Made by a program: the position numbers and the translations under genes. Positions 49,204 through 59,073 of a stretch of 64,000 nt of DNA are shown piece by piece. How positions within the stretch are numbered: position 1 is the stretch's first letter; each line of letters begins with the position of its first letter. Origin of the DNA: Acidobacteriota bacterium (GTDB lineage Bacteria > Acidobacteriota > CAIWXX01); NCBI GenBank assembly GCA_040755995.1, contig JBFMAF010000045.1, positions 20,412 through 84,411 of the forward strand, read 5' to 3'. Under the pieces are notes generated by a model. That model was not told the origin of the DNA, did not search any database, and was given only the letters and a program-made list of their open reading frames with translations.

Positions 49204-52200
49204 TTGGCGGAGATGATCGAGGAGTTTGATCCGACGGATCCGTCGATAAGCGTGGCGGTGCGGGCGTCGGCCGGCACGGGCAAGACCTTTCTGCTCGCCA
49301 GGCGCTATCTGAGACTGATCCAGGCCGGCGTGCCGCCGAGGCGGATTCTGACGCTCACCTTCACGCGCAAGGCCGCCGGCGAGATGCGCGAGCGCATCCT
49401 CAGATTGGCGAAGGACCCCGTCATTCTCTCGCCGCCGGCGGCGCAGGCTCTGTTGGATCATTTCGAAGACATCGCCATCTCGACGATCGACTCGTTCTGC
49501 CAGGGGCTGCTTCGCGAGTTCCCGCTGGAAGCCGAGGTCGATCCGGCCTTCGAGATTCTTGACACTGCGGTGGTCGAACGCCTGCGCGGCGAGGTTGCCG
49601 AGGAGGTGGCGCACGACGCGGTTCGGCGGTCATCCCCGTTGGCGATGATGCTCGGCGAATCGCGCCTGGCGCGCGGGCTGTCGACGCTACTCGCGCGCCG
49701 GCACGTCCTGGAGGAACCGCTCTACCGCTACACCGGCGGGCTCGGCAGCGTGCCGACTCCCGGCGAGATTCTCGCACAAGCCGCTGCGACCGCGCTGGAG
49801 ATTGTGGGTGGGGAGAATGGATGGAGCCGGCTCGTAGGGCTGGGCCCCAAGGACGACGCCGTATTCGAACACGTCTGTGGGGAAGTGAACCGGCTGCTGC
49901 GCGGTGCGAATCCGCGCCTGCCAGCGCTCAACCTGTTCTTCGGTCTGTTCCTGCCGAAGAGAGACCGCGCGGCGCCCGCGTACCGGGGCTATCCAACAGC
50001 TGCTTTCAGTAGCCGCGCAGCCTACGAGGCTTACCGGCAGGCGGTGATGGATGCCGCGCCTGATGCGGAAGCGTTGAGAAGAGATGTCCGAGTCAGGCTC
50101 AACCGCGCGCTAGCGATGGAGCTCCGCGGGATCTACACCCGGGCCAAGGCCCAGTTCGCGTCGGCCAAGGCTGACGCCGGGGGGATGGATTTCGAAGATG
50201 TGCTGGACCTCGTCATCAAGATGCTGCGGACGATGCCGGAGTTCGCCCTCACCAGGTTCCATCTGGAGTCGCGCTATCAGCACCTACTTGTCGACGAGTT
50301 CCAGGACACAAATCAGCATCAGTGGGCGGTGATCGAGGGGCTCACGGAGCCGTGGCGCCACGGCGATGGGATCGTCTCGGAAGGCAGGCGGCCGACGATC
50401 ATGATCGTGGGCGACGGGAAGCAGTCCATCTACGGCTTTCGCAGCGCCGACGTGTCCGTGTTCCGACGGGCAGTCTCGCACATCTGCGAAATCGATCCGG
50501 CGAGGCCAGGCAAAGTGGCGACGCTGAGGCGGAGCCACCGCGCGACCCCACGCGTGCTCTCCTTCGTCAACGATCTGTTCGGAGCAATGCCGAAAGCAGG
50601 ATCGGAGTACGACTTCGCATTCGCCTATGACGAAGAGGATCGCTTCCCCATCGATGCCCCCTGCGCGAGGGGGGAGATCGCCATCTGCGTCGAAGGGAGC
50701 GCGGATATGTGCGCGGATGCCATCGCGGCGGAGATCTGCCGGCTTCTCGATCGAGGTGTCGTGATCGAGCGGAAGGCCGGGCAGGCCGTCGAACGCCGGT
50801 TTGGCCCCGCTGACGCGGCCATACTCTTCAGGAGCCGCACCGGCTATCAAGTCTACGAGACGGCGCTGAAGCGCGCCGGCCTGCCCACCTATGTGTACCG
50901 CGGCCTTGGCTTCTACGACCGGCCCGAGATTCGCGACGTTGACGCGCTGATAGGCTACCTGGCCGATCCCGAATCGGATCTGGCTGCCGCCTGCCTGTTG
51001 CGATCGCGGCTCGCTCGCGTCTCCGACACGGGCATCCTCAGGATCGGGCGGGAATGCGGCGGCGGGTTCGCCCGGTTCCTGCGAGGGAGCCAGCAGATGG
51101 ATCTGAGCGTGGATGACATGCTGGCGCTGAGGTGCCTGCGCGAGTCGCTCCCGAGATGGCTCCAGGCCACGGACCGCGTGCCGCCGGTGGAGCTGATCGA
51201 GTCGATCCTCGGGGAGACTTTCTACGGCGCCGAGCTTGATTCTCTGCAGGCTCGCGAGGATCTGAAGAAGCTTCTCAACATCCTGCGACGTCTGCAGAAC
51301 CGCGGGTACATGACCATGTCGCGGCTGGCGGGGCGGCTGGAGGAGGAGTCGCAGGTGGAAGAGGCGAGTGCGGTCCTGGAATCGATCGACGCGGTCAACA
51401 TGATGACGATCCACGCGGCGAAGGGGCTGGAGTTCAACGCCGTGTTCGTCGTGAATATCGCCGGCAGGAAACGCCAGGCAGACGCGGGGCCGCGTATCTA
51501 TCGGCCGGGTGGCGATCACATGCCGGCGGTCGAGGTGGTCGAAGGCGGAGTATACGAGGTGCCGGCGGCGGTGAAGGAGCGCGACATCGAGGATGAGAAG
51601 CGGCTGCTCTACGTGGCTCTCACCCGCGCCAGCGAGCGGATCTGCATCTCGACTCCGTGCGATCCAGACGGAAGAATCCCCGATCGAGGCTTCTTCTCGC
51701 TGCTGCCGGAGAGTTTTCGGGCAACGATGCAGGCGGCGGCCAGCTCGAAGGATGCGGCTGTTCACTGGGCGGCCGGCGATGGTGCCTCGCACCAACTGGC
51801 GGTGCTGCGTGCCCCGGCGGAGCACCCGCGCTGGCTTGGCGCGGAGCCGCGCTGGCTTGGCGCGGAGCCGCCCGAGGTAATGCTCTACGACTCAGAGCCT
51901 GCGAGCTTGGGGACGTCCCGCCAAAGGCGTTCCGTGTCGGAGGCGGTTCGCGGAGAACCGCCTGGTCCCACGGGCGGCCGGCGGGCGGAGGTGGCGGAGG
52001 TCGGGCGAATCGTCCACAAGCTCATGGAGCACCGGGTGTCCGTGGATGAGACACTCATCGATCGGGCGTCTTCTCTGGTGCGGCCTGAGATCCCGGTGTA
52101 CGAGATCGAGGAGATCGCCAAAAAAGCGGCTGATCTCTACGCGACACTCGCGCAGCGCGCAGATCTGCGGCAGACGCTCGCATCGGGCGAATGCCTGCGC

Positions 52201-52440
52201 GAGGTCCCATTTGTGATTGCGGAGCAGAGTGGATCGCTCGTGCGCGGTGTCGTCGATTGCGTCGTGAGACGCGACGAAGGCACGATCGTGATCGACTACA
52301 AGACAGGCCGCCGTACGGAAGCCGACGTCGACCAGATGCGCGTGTACCTCCAGGCTCTGCGCCTTCTCATGGGCCAGGCAACACGGCTCACGGGCATGCT
52401 GTTCTACGCCACCGGCGAGCCTGTGATCGTTCTCGAGTAG
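49204..52440 (+). CDS. addA: AddA/RexA-like UvrD helicase-nuclease subunit
   Basis: ASAGTGKT, TFTRKAA, VDEFQDT, VGDGKQSIYGFR, MTIHAAKGLEF, LLYVALTRA, GVVD...IDYKT. Confidence 0.88.
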   Translation: MAEMIEEFDPTDPSISVAVRASAGTGKTFLLARRYLRLIQAGVPPRRILTLTFTRKAAGEMRERILRLAKDPVILSPPAAQALLDHFEDIAISTIDSFCQGLLREFPLEAEVDPAFEILDTAVVERLRGEVAEEVAHDAVRRSSPLAMMLGESRLARGLSTLLARRHVLEEPLYRYTGGLGSVPTPGEILAQAAATALEIVGGENGWSRLVGLGPKDDAVFEHVCGEVNRLLRGANPRLPALNLFFGLFLPKRDRAAPAYRGYPTAAFSSRAAYEAYRQAVMDAAPDAEALRRDVRVRLNRALAMELRGIYTRAKAQFASAKADAGGMDFEDVLDLVIKMLRTMPEFALTRFHLESRYQHLLVDEFQDTNQHQWAVIEGLTEPWRHGDGIVSEGRRPTIMIVGDGKQSIYGFRSADVSVFRRAVSHICEIDPARPGKVATLRRSHRATPRVLSFVNDLFGAMPKAGSEYDFAFAYDEEDRFPIDAPCARGEIAICVEGSADMCADAIAAEICRLLDRGVVIERKAGQAVERRFGPADAAILFRSRTGYQVYETALKRAGLPTYVYRGLGFYDRPEIRDVDALIGYLADPESDLAAACLLRSRLARVSDTGILRIGRECGGGFARFLRGSQQMDLSVDDMLALRCLRESLPRWLQATDRVPPVELIESILGETFYGAELDSLQAREDLKKLLNILRRLQNRGYMTMSRLAGRLEEESQVEEASAVLESIDAVNMMTIHAAKGLEFNAVFVVNIAGRKRQADAGPRIYRPGGDHMPAVEVVEGGVYEVPAAVKERDIEDEKRLLYVALTRASERICISTPCDPDGRIPDRGFFSLLPESFRATMQAAASSKDAAVHWAAGDGASHQLAVLRAPAEHPRWLGAEPRWLGAEPPEVMLYDSEPASLGTSRQRRSVSEAVRGEPPGPTGGRRAEVAEVGRIVHKLMEHRVSVDETLIDRASSLVRPEIPVYEIEEIAKKAADLYATLAQRADLRQTLASGECLREVPFVIAEQSGSLVRGVVDCVVRRDEGTIVIDYKTGRRTEADVDQMRVYLQALRLLMGQATRLTGMLFYATGEPVIVLE
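51826..51870 (+). repeat. Perfect 21-bp in-frame tandem duplication inside addA
   Basis: CCGCGCTGGCTTGGCGCGGAG x2, encoding PRWLGAE x2. Confidence 0.9.
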
Positions 52441-52455
52441 GCCACCGTGAACGTG

Positions 52456-52510
52456 CCCTCTCGGTTTCTCCGTTTCCTCGTCTCTCACCCCTCCGCGTCT
52501 CCGTGTCTTC
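52456..52510 (-). repeat. Intergenic CGGAGA-type repeat cluster
   Basis: Minus strand reads gacacggagacgcggagggg...gaaacggagaaaccgaga after the sulfatase stop. Confidence 0.65.
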
Positions 52511-52513
52511 TTG

Positions 52514-54262
52514 TCACCGCTGATCGCCGCTCGTGTCGGCTGCTTGGTACGTCTGAGGTCCCGAGACTTTCTCGCCCGGCTGCCGAACTGCGATGACGAA
52601 GTCCTGCTCGTACGCCTGCGGTCTTCCGGAGAAGGGTGAGACCGAAGAGTCCTCGACTCTGACTCGGAAACTGTACATCCCAGGCACCTCGGGCGTGCCG
52701 CTGATGGTACCCAGCGCGGCGTCTATCCCCAGGCCTGCGGGCAGCTCGCCGTCAGAAACGGCCCATCTGAAAGGCGGCCGGCCGCCCCAGGTCGCGATTG
52801 AGAAGGCATACGGGGCTCCCGCTTCTACACCGGGTATGAGGCGGCTGACGATGTTCAGACCGCGCATCGCGGCCAGCTTCTTGGCGAGGGTAGCTCTGAT
52901 TTCTCGCATCGACTTGCCCTGTTCGTTGTGACGGCTCTTCATCTCGAAGGGGTCGGAGTTCAGGTCGTAGAGCTCCTTCTCCCCTGTCGCGTGCTCTACA
53001 TACTTCCAGGTACGCCCTTTCATCTCGGCGCGGATCCCGGACCAACGCAGGCCACCGTGCCCCTGGATCAGGAACTCGGTGCGCCACTCGGTTGAGGAAT
53101 CGGCGAGCAGGGGAAGCAGACTCGCGCCGTCGGTAACGTTGTTGAGTCCGGCCGCCTCGTGAATCGTGGCGCCGATATCGACATTGGTGACTACCGTTTT
53201 CTCCTCGCGACGCGGCGACACACCCGGCATGCGTACGATCAGCGGCACGCGCAGACTTTCCTCATAGGGGTAGGCTTTGCCGCTGAGCCCGTGCTCGCCC
53301 CAGAGGTATCCGTTGTCGGATGTGTAGATGAAGATCGTACGGTCGAGCATCTGCTTGCGGCGCACGGCCTCTACGAGGGCTGCAACCGACCGGTCAACCG
53401 AACGCAGCGAGCGGAGCTGATCGCGGGCGAAGGCGGCTTGCTGCGTTGCGTCATACCGCGCGGCCAGTTCCCGGACCCAGGCGGGCTTGTCCCGGAGATC
53501 CGACTCGCCCGTGCCGCGGCCGGAGTAGATGAACTCCGGATAGAGGGTCTCGTCCCCGGGCGCCGGAGTCGCAGGCTCATGTGGAGCGACCGGAGTGAAA
53601 TACAGGAAGAACGGGCTGTCTCCGCCGGATTCGATGAACTCCACCGCCAGTTCGGTGAGACGATCAGTCAAATAGTCCGACTGGTCCTCGACGCGTCCCT
53701 CGCCCGGACCATCCACCGCGCCCCTGCCGATCACCATTTCGTAGTCGAACCAGCTCTTGCTGCGGCGTATGGCGGCGAAATAGGACCACCCCGGCGGCAC
53801 GTATGCGGAGGACGCCTGGTAGCGGTTCAAGTACTTGCCGATAAGTCCCGTACGGTAGCCCGCCTGACGCACCCGCACCGGCAGGGCGATTTGTTCGAGG
53901 AATTTCTCGACACCTCCGTTGGGGCCCTCGTTCGTGAGCACGCCCGTGTTGTGAGCGTAGTAGCCTCCGGCCAGCAAGCTGGCGCGGTCGGGACAGCAGA
54001 GTGGAGTCGACACGAAGGCGTTCGTGAACTGGACTCCCTTCTCGATCATCTCAGCTCGCACATTCGGCATGATCTCCTGCCCATCGACCGTCAAGTCGGC
54101 CGTGTCCCACCGCTGATCGTCGGTGAGGATGAAGACGACGTTGTATCGCGCGCCGGCCGATCCCGACCGATGAAACCGGTGGCGCGGCAGAAGCGGCGAC
54201 GCATCAGCAGCGACGAGAAGGACGAGCAGAACCCCGAGCAGTGGTGCAGCCTTTGCGTTCAT
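52514..54262 (-). CDS. Secreted formylglycine-dependent sulfatase with C-terminal Ig-like domain
   Basis: FILTDDQ, CCPDR (CxPxR), GKYLN, TSDNG, YEESLRVP, ELYDL; tail GRPPFRWAVSDGELPAGL...GTISGTP. Confidence 0.92.
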   Translation of the reverse strand: MNAKAAPLLGVLLVLLVAADASPLLPRHRFHRSGSAGARYNVVFILTDDQRWDTADLTVDGQEIMPNVRAEMIEKGVQFTNAFVSTPLCCPDRASLLAGGYYAHNTGVLTNEGPNGGVEKFLEQIALPVRVRQAGYRTGLIGKYLNRYQASSAYVPPGWSYFAAIRRSKSWFDYEMVIGRGAVDGPGEGRVEDQSDYLTDRLTELAVEFIESGGDSPFFLYFTPVAPHEPATPAPGDETLYPEFIYSGRGTGESDLRDKPAWVRELAARYDATQQAAFARDQLRSLRSVDRSVAALVEAVRRKQMLDRTIFIYTSDNGYLWGEHGLSGKAYPYEESLRVPLIVRMPGVSPRREEKTVVTNVDIGATIHEAAGLNNVTDGASLLPLLADSSTEWRTEFLIQGHGGLRWSGIRAEMKGRTWKYVEHATGEKELYDLNSDPFEMKSRHNEQGKSMREIRATLAKKLAAMRGLNIVSRLIPGVEAGAPYAFSIATWGGRPPFRWAVSDGELPAGLGIDAALGTISGTPEVPGMYSFRVRVEDSSVSPFSGRPQAYEQDFVIAVRQPGEKVSGPQTYQAADTSGDQR

Positions 54263-54615
54263 TCGACACCCCCCTCACTGGCACCCAGCGCTCCCCTCAG
54301 CCCGCGCCCGCCGCGGGTCTGATGGCGCTCACCTCTCTTCTCTCCCGTTGGCGAGGATTCCTTTCGGTTGTATGTCAGCGCGATGTGAGCCATGTCACTG
54401 GGAGCTGGGCGCACGGAATCTCACCTGTCAGCTCGGCGCGCCCACAACGCGACACTCGATGGCGTTGTGCAGGTGTCAGGGCAAAGGAAGGCGCGCGGAC
54501 GGGATATGTAGGAGCTGGCGAAACGACGACAAGGCAAAGGCAAGAGGGCCGACCGAATGGGCTGTCAGGATTCCGTGGCAAGGCGAATTCTTCAACAGGC
54601 GAGTAGGGAGGCAGA

Positions 54616-54888
54616 ATGTACGCGCACACTTGGCGACCGGGAGGAACAGCGATACGATGTTTGAGGATTCTGCTTAGGATAGTCTTGTTGTCTGGCGTGT
54701 GGAGCAGCGGTCATGCTTCAGCCGAGGGCACGTGGGCTCGCGTGTTGGGCAATTGGGGGTATCACTCCGACACTCGTTCCATGCAGCCGACCGCCGATGG
54801 CGGCTGTGTGTTGGTCGGCTTTCTCCCTGGCTTCAACGGGGCGAAACTGGATGCGTGGATCATGACGGTGAGCGCCGCCGGTGGATAG
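54616..54888 (+). pseudogene. Truncated 5' remnant of a secreted beta-propeller-like protein
   Basis: RBS GGGAGG, signal peptide, one blade-like unit TWARVLG...SMQPTADGGCVLVG...DAWIMTV, then stop. Confidence 0.55.
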
Positions 54889-55092
54889 ACGGACTTGGTT
54901 GAGAATGACCTGTGAAAGACAAAGAAACATGGGAACGCCTGCCACGCAAGACGTAAGCGTTCAGCTGCCCGCTGGACGCTTACCAGAGAACTTGCGAATG
55001 ACTCCGTGATGATTGCCAATCATTTGATCGGCAACGGACGATGGGCTATTGTTCGACTTCAAGGACCACAGCTCGGCGGGGGAGGATGGACC

Positions 55093-56115
55093 ATGAGCAA
55101 GACACCGGCTTCAGACCCTGCAACACAAGAAATCGAGGTGGATTTTTTTCGTAACGAAGACGCACCGGGGATTGCGCGTCTTTTTCAACAAGTCTATGGA
55201 GAAGGGTACCCCATCAGGGCTTATTACCTGCCGGAGCGGTTGATCGAGGAAAATGCTGCCGGTCGCATCATCTCCAGTGTGGCCCGGACACCCACCGGCG
55301 AGGTTGTGGGCCACGATGCGCTCGTTCTACTGGATGCCTCCGCTCGGCTCTACGAGAATGCGGCCGGGGCGGTGCTGCCAGGTTTTCGCGGGCAACGCAT
55401 CTTTCCACGGCTGTTCAAGCATTCTATCGTCGACGCCTCGAAACGTCTTGGCGTGGAAGGGCTTGTCGGGGAGCCGGTCTGCAGCCACGTTCACTTGCAG
55501 AAGATGTGCTTGGAGCTTGATTTCAAGGAGGCTGGTCTTGAGGTCGATCTCATGCCGGCGGCCGCCTATACCGCCGACCCGGGAGTATCCGGCCGCGTCT
55601 CGGTGTTACTCGGATATTTCAAGTACAAGCCCAGAGCTCAAACAGTCCAGGTGCCTCTGACCTACCGGGATGAGTTGGAGTACCTCTATGCTGGTTTGGA
55701 GCTTGAGCGCACCTTTGTGTATCCGACAAGCAAGTTGCCGGCGGAGGGAAGCAGTCAGGGTCGCATGAACCTGTTTGAACTGGCCCAAGTGGCACGCATC
55801 GACGTGGATTGCATTGGACCGGACTTCGACACCTTCATTACCCGCCTGGAAAGCGAAGCCCGCGAGAAAGGCACGGAGGTCTACCAGGTGTGGCTGCCAC
55901 TAGCTTCTCCATTTGCAGCTGCAGCCACGGATATCTTGCGTGGGCACGGTTACTTCCTTGGCGGCATACTGCCATGCTGGCCCAACGGAGATGGCTTGTT
56001 GATGCAGAAGGTCAGCCGAGGGCCTGATTGGGAGGGTATCGCGCTCTATTCCGAGCGCGCCAAGACCATCGCGCAATTGATCAGGCGCGATTGGAAGCGC
56101 GTAGCGCCGGACTGA
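55093..56115 (+). CDS. GNAT-like N-acetyltransferase-fold protein
   Basis: IARLFQQVYGEGYP, GEVVGH, AVLPGFRGQRI; RBS GGAGG before ATG 55093. Confidence 0.7.
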   Translation: MSKTPASDPATQEIEVDFFRNEDAPGIARLFQQVYGEGYPIRAYYLPERLIEENAAGRIISSVARTPTGEVVGHDALVLLDASARLYENAAGAVLPGFRGQRIFPRLFKHSIVDASKRLGVEGLVGEPVCSHVHLQKMCLELDFKEAGLEVDLMPAAAYTADPGVSGRVSVLLGYFKYKPRAQTVQVPLTYRDELEYLYAGLELERTFVYPTSKLPAEGSSQGRMNLFELAQVARIDVDCIGPDFDTFITRLESEAREKGTEVYQVWLPLASPFAAAATDILRGHGYFLGGILPCWPNGDGLLMQKVSRGPDWEGIALYSERAKTIAQLIRRDWKRVAPD

Positions 56116-56172
56116 AAGAGCTACACGCGTGCGGTCATCCTTCGATCACTCTCGATCCCCGAAACCTCGACG

Positions 56173-56724
56173 TCAGAATCGGATCTTGATCTTCTCGAAT
56201 TTCGGAACGTTCTTCCAGCCGCCGCTCGCCGGCTTGAAGGCGATCCAGAGGCCGAGCCCGTCGGGCTCGAAGATCATGGATTGGAGCTTGAAGGAGCCGA
56301 ACAGGTCCCCTGGGGATGGTTCGCCGGGAGCGGTACTCGCCGAAGTCATACCCTCGATCTCGCGGCGGATGTCCGCTGGGAGCCGCGGCTTGATGAGCGA
56401 AACCCGCCTCATCATCTCTACGACGGTCTCCTCGCGGGGCCGGCCAAGATAATCAGCCAGGAGGTCAACAGCTTCGTCGAGATAGGAGTCGAGAAGGACT
56501 TCGAATTGTGGGACGGCCTTCTTGGCCGCGTTCCAGTAGTCCTTCCCCACGTCGAAATGACTGACCCCGTCGGAGAAATCGACGACCACTTCATAGTGAG
56601 TGCTCTTCCTCGTGAAGACGACATGGCTCAGGCTCGCCGAAGAGCCCCCATGCGCGTCCAGCGCTGACACAACCAGGCAGAGGATCATTGTCAGGGCGGC
56701 AACGCGGTCTCCCGCCATGCTCAT
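56173..56724 (-). CDS. Secreted protein resembling an internally deleted C45/Ntn peptidase
   Basis: Signal peptide; LLDSYL...IKPRLPADIRREIEGM then jumps to GDLF...QSMIFEP...IAFKP...PKFEKI; TGATG coupling to the upstream gene. Confidence 0.5.
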   Translation of the reverse strand: MSMAGDRVAALTMILCLVVSALDAHGGSSASLSHVVFTRKSTHYEVVVDFSDGVSHFDVGKDYWNAAKKAVPQFEVLLDSYLDEAVDLLADYLGRPREETVVEMMRRVSLIKPRLPADIRREIEGMTSASTAPGEPSPGDLFGSFKLQSMIFEPDGLGLWIAFKPASGGWKNVPKFEKIKIRF

Positions 56725-58961
56725 CACATCGTCCACGCGTACCCGATCTTGGTAAACACGGTCCGGTCGCAGCGAACGAGCTCGTAGTCGACGTCTGGAT
56801 CGTAGTTGTCAGAGTAGCCCAGGAAGAAGACGGTATGGGGATTGAGCTTGTACGAGAATAGGAACTGCGTGAACAGGTGCTTGTAGACTGGATCTATCGG
56901 GTCCACGTACAGAACAGCGTCATACCTGTAGTCCACGTACTGCAGAATCGCCCGGACGAATGTACGCGTGTTGACTTGGTATGCGGCGATCAGCTCGGAG
57001 AGATTGGCCGTGTAGAGTCTGCCTGCGTCCACATTCATCTTCTCGTAGGTGTGGCTCAAGTCCACCCGCAGATGCCGGCCGATGTCGTAGCCTATTCCGG
57101 GCGCCAGCCGTAAACGCCGCCCCGGCTGCGTGTTAGCGTAGTCGACCCTGTCCCCCGCGTACACGTTGAGGTAGACATGACTGTCGCCGGTCGGGTTCAT
57201 GCACTGATGGACAAAGACCTGGGTGAGGTCGAACTCCCGGGCGTTGTATACCTCGCGCTTCCTGATCAGCTCGAAGATCGAATGAGACTCCCGGGGCTTG
57301 CCTTCGTATTGCAGCGTGATGTCGGCGTACTTGTTCAGCAGCGCACCCTGCTGATCGTCGTGATATACATACTCTCCACTCAGGTTGATCCGGGAGTACC
57401 ATGAGTCCTCAGATGGATTCCACGTGTACCCGGCCCCGCCCAGGTAGCCGCGGTACCCGACCTTGGGAATGAACCCGACGTCGGCCCGGAAGCCGGTTCC
57501 GACGTTCCTGTAGAGGGCCCAGTAGTCGAAGGTGCGGGTGTCGTGTTCGTAGGCGAAGTGGATCGCGTGATCGCCGAACGTCCCCTCGGGCTGGTTGAAG
57601 TGGGCCGCCACCTGATTCGGGTAGCGCGTGCTGGACCCCAGGACCTGCATCCAGACGTGGTCCCTGCTCGTGAACCGGAGATCCGCGTCGAAGCCGGCCA
57701 GACGGTTGAAGTAGCCCTCCCCTTCCCTGTCGGTCGCGATCACTCCTACCGTGTAGTCGCTTCCGAAGTCGTGCTTGTAGCGGAACACGGAGTCGGTGGA
57801 TCGCATGTCGAGCGACGTGGAGTCGGAGGAAGTGTTGGCGGGGAATATCAGGTTCGTGACATCGTCCTGTACGACGTAGCTGCCGATGGTGTGGGCGTTC
57901 TCCTTGCCCGTCAACTTGGCCCCCCAACGCGGCTCCCGCATGGTGCGCGTGTAGACCACGTCGAAGGAGGTGTTGAAGAAATCCGAGCCTTCCTGGAAAA
58001 ACGGCCGCTTCTCCGGGTAGAAGAGGGCGAACGGCTCGTTGATATCGAGCTGGAGTGCATCGGCTTCGACTTGCGAGAAGTCAGGATTGATGGTCCCGGC
58101 CAGAGTCAAGTTCGTGGTCAGGCCCCAGCGGGCCGTGAAACCGACGTCCGCCTTCTGGTCACGTTTCTGCATCTCGCCGTCAGGGAAGTCCTCGCGCACG
58201 TCCGTTCTGACCCCGGTGAGTGTGGGGACGAGCTCGATGTTCTTGCCGGGAGTCACGTTCTCGAACCCTTCGATCTTGGTCGCCTGGCAGAGATAGCAGT
58301 TGTTGTCACGATCCCGCGGAAAGAGCGTGAACCGGTACGTGCGGTCTCGCGGGTAGTTGCGGACCGCGTCGATTCCCCAGGTCTGCCTCCCGGTCGCGCG
58401 CTGAAACCGCAGGGACGAGAACGGGACCTTCATTTCCACTGAGTAGCCCCAGCCGGTCAGCTTCCCCGCGGACTCCCATATCGCATCCCATTCGTCTTCG
58501 CCGTTGCTGGCCGTCTCCACGAAATCGCTCTGTACGCCGGCCGGGTTCACGAGCAGATCGTAGCTCCTGCGCTCGTCGTTGAAAGTATCCAGAATCACAC
58601 CAACCCAGTCGTCCGCCCAGAGGTTGTCCCGGTCCTTGATGTGACAGCGGATGTGCTCGGGGTTGGGATCGCTCGCGCGGAAGCCGAAGTAGGCGTTCCT
58701 CTCATCGTACATTACCAGAACCTCCGTCCTCACAGGAGCCGGAGTGTTCTCGCCGGGAGACACCTCGTACTTCAGCTCGCCCACCCATGCGCTGTTCCAC
58801 GCCTCATCATCGAGTATCCCGTCGATGACGACCGGCGATGCGATGCGCGGGATGACGTTGCCGTTCGCCTCCAGCGTCGCCTCCTGCTCGCCGGCCGTCA
58901 AGAGAACCGGCACCGCAGCCAGGAGAAGCCGGATCGGTATGGTTGAACGGCGATACGTCAC
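56724..58961 (-). CDS. CBM9-like plus DUF5916-like outer-membrane/secreted protein
   Basis: VIDGILDDEAW, LDTFNDERR, EMKVPFSSLRF, INPDFSQVEAD, FYPEKRPFFQEG, aromatic C-terminus. Confidence 0.82.
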   Translation of the reverse strand: MTYRRSTIPIRLLLAAVPVLLTAGEQEATLEANGNVIPRIASPVVIDGILDDEAWNSAWVGELKYEVSPGENTPAPVRTEVLVMYDERNAYFGFRASDPNPEHIRCHIKDRDNLWADDWVGVILDTFNDERRSYDLLVNPAGVQSDFVETASNGEDEWDAIWESAGKLTGWGYSVEMKVPFSSLRFQRATGRQTWGIDAVRNYPRDRTYRFTLFPRDRDNNCYLCQATKIEGFENVTPGKNIELVPTLTGVRTDVREDFPDGEMQKRDQKADVGFTARWGLTTNLTLAGTINPDFSQVEADALQLDINEPFALFYPEKRPFFQEGSDFFNTSFDVVYTRTMREPRWGAKLTGKENAHTIGSYVVQDDVTNLIFPANTSSDSTSLDMRSTDSVFRYKHDFGSDYTVGVIATDREGEGYFNRLAGFDADLRFTSRDHVWMQVLGSSTRYPNQVAAHFNQPEGTFGDHAIHFAYEHDTRTFDYWALYRNVGTGFRADVGFIPKVGYRGYLGGAGYTWNPSEDSWYSRINLSGEYVYHDDQQGALLNKYADITLQYEGKPRESHSIFELIRKREVYNAREFDLTQVFVHQCMNPTGDSHVYLNVYAGDRVDYANTQPGRRLRLAPGIGYDIGRHLRVDLSHTYEKMNVDAGRLYTANLSELIAAYQVNTRTFVRAILQYVDYRYDAVLYVDPIDPVYKHLFTQFLFSYKLNPHTVFFLGYSDNYDPDVDYELVRCDRTVFTKIGYAWTM

Positions 58962-59073
58962 TGTACACCCTCCCAGCCACTACGCGGGATCTGAGGAACC
59001 ATGCCGCACCTCTGTGAGCATCGCTGGGCCGTGGAATGAAATCCGCCCGACCCAGCCCTCTGCGCCGCCTAGT

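Noticed and set aside
54340..54600. Possible c-di-GMP riboswitch (GGCAAA words, small hairpin)
   Set aside because: Lacks the paired GNRA-tetraloop/receptor stems expected for c-di-GMP-I
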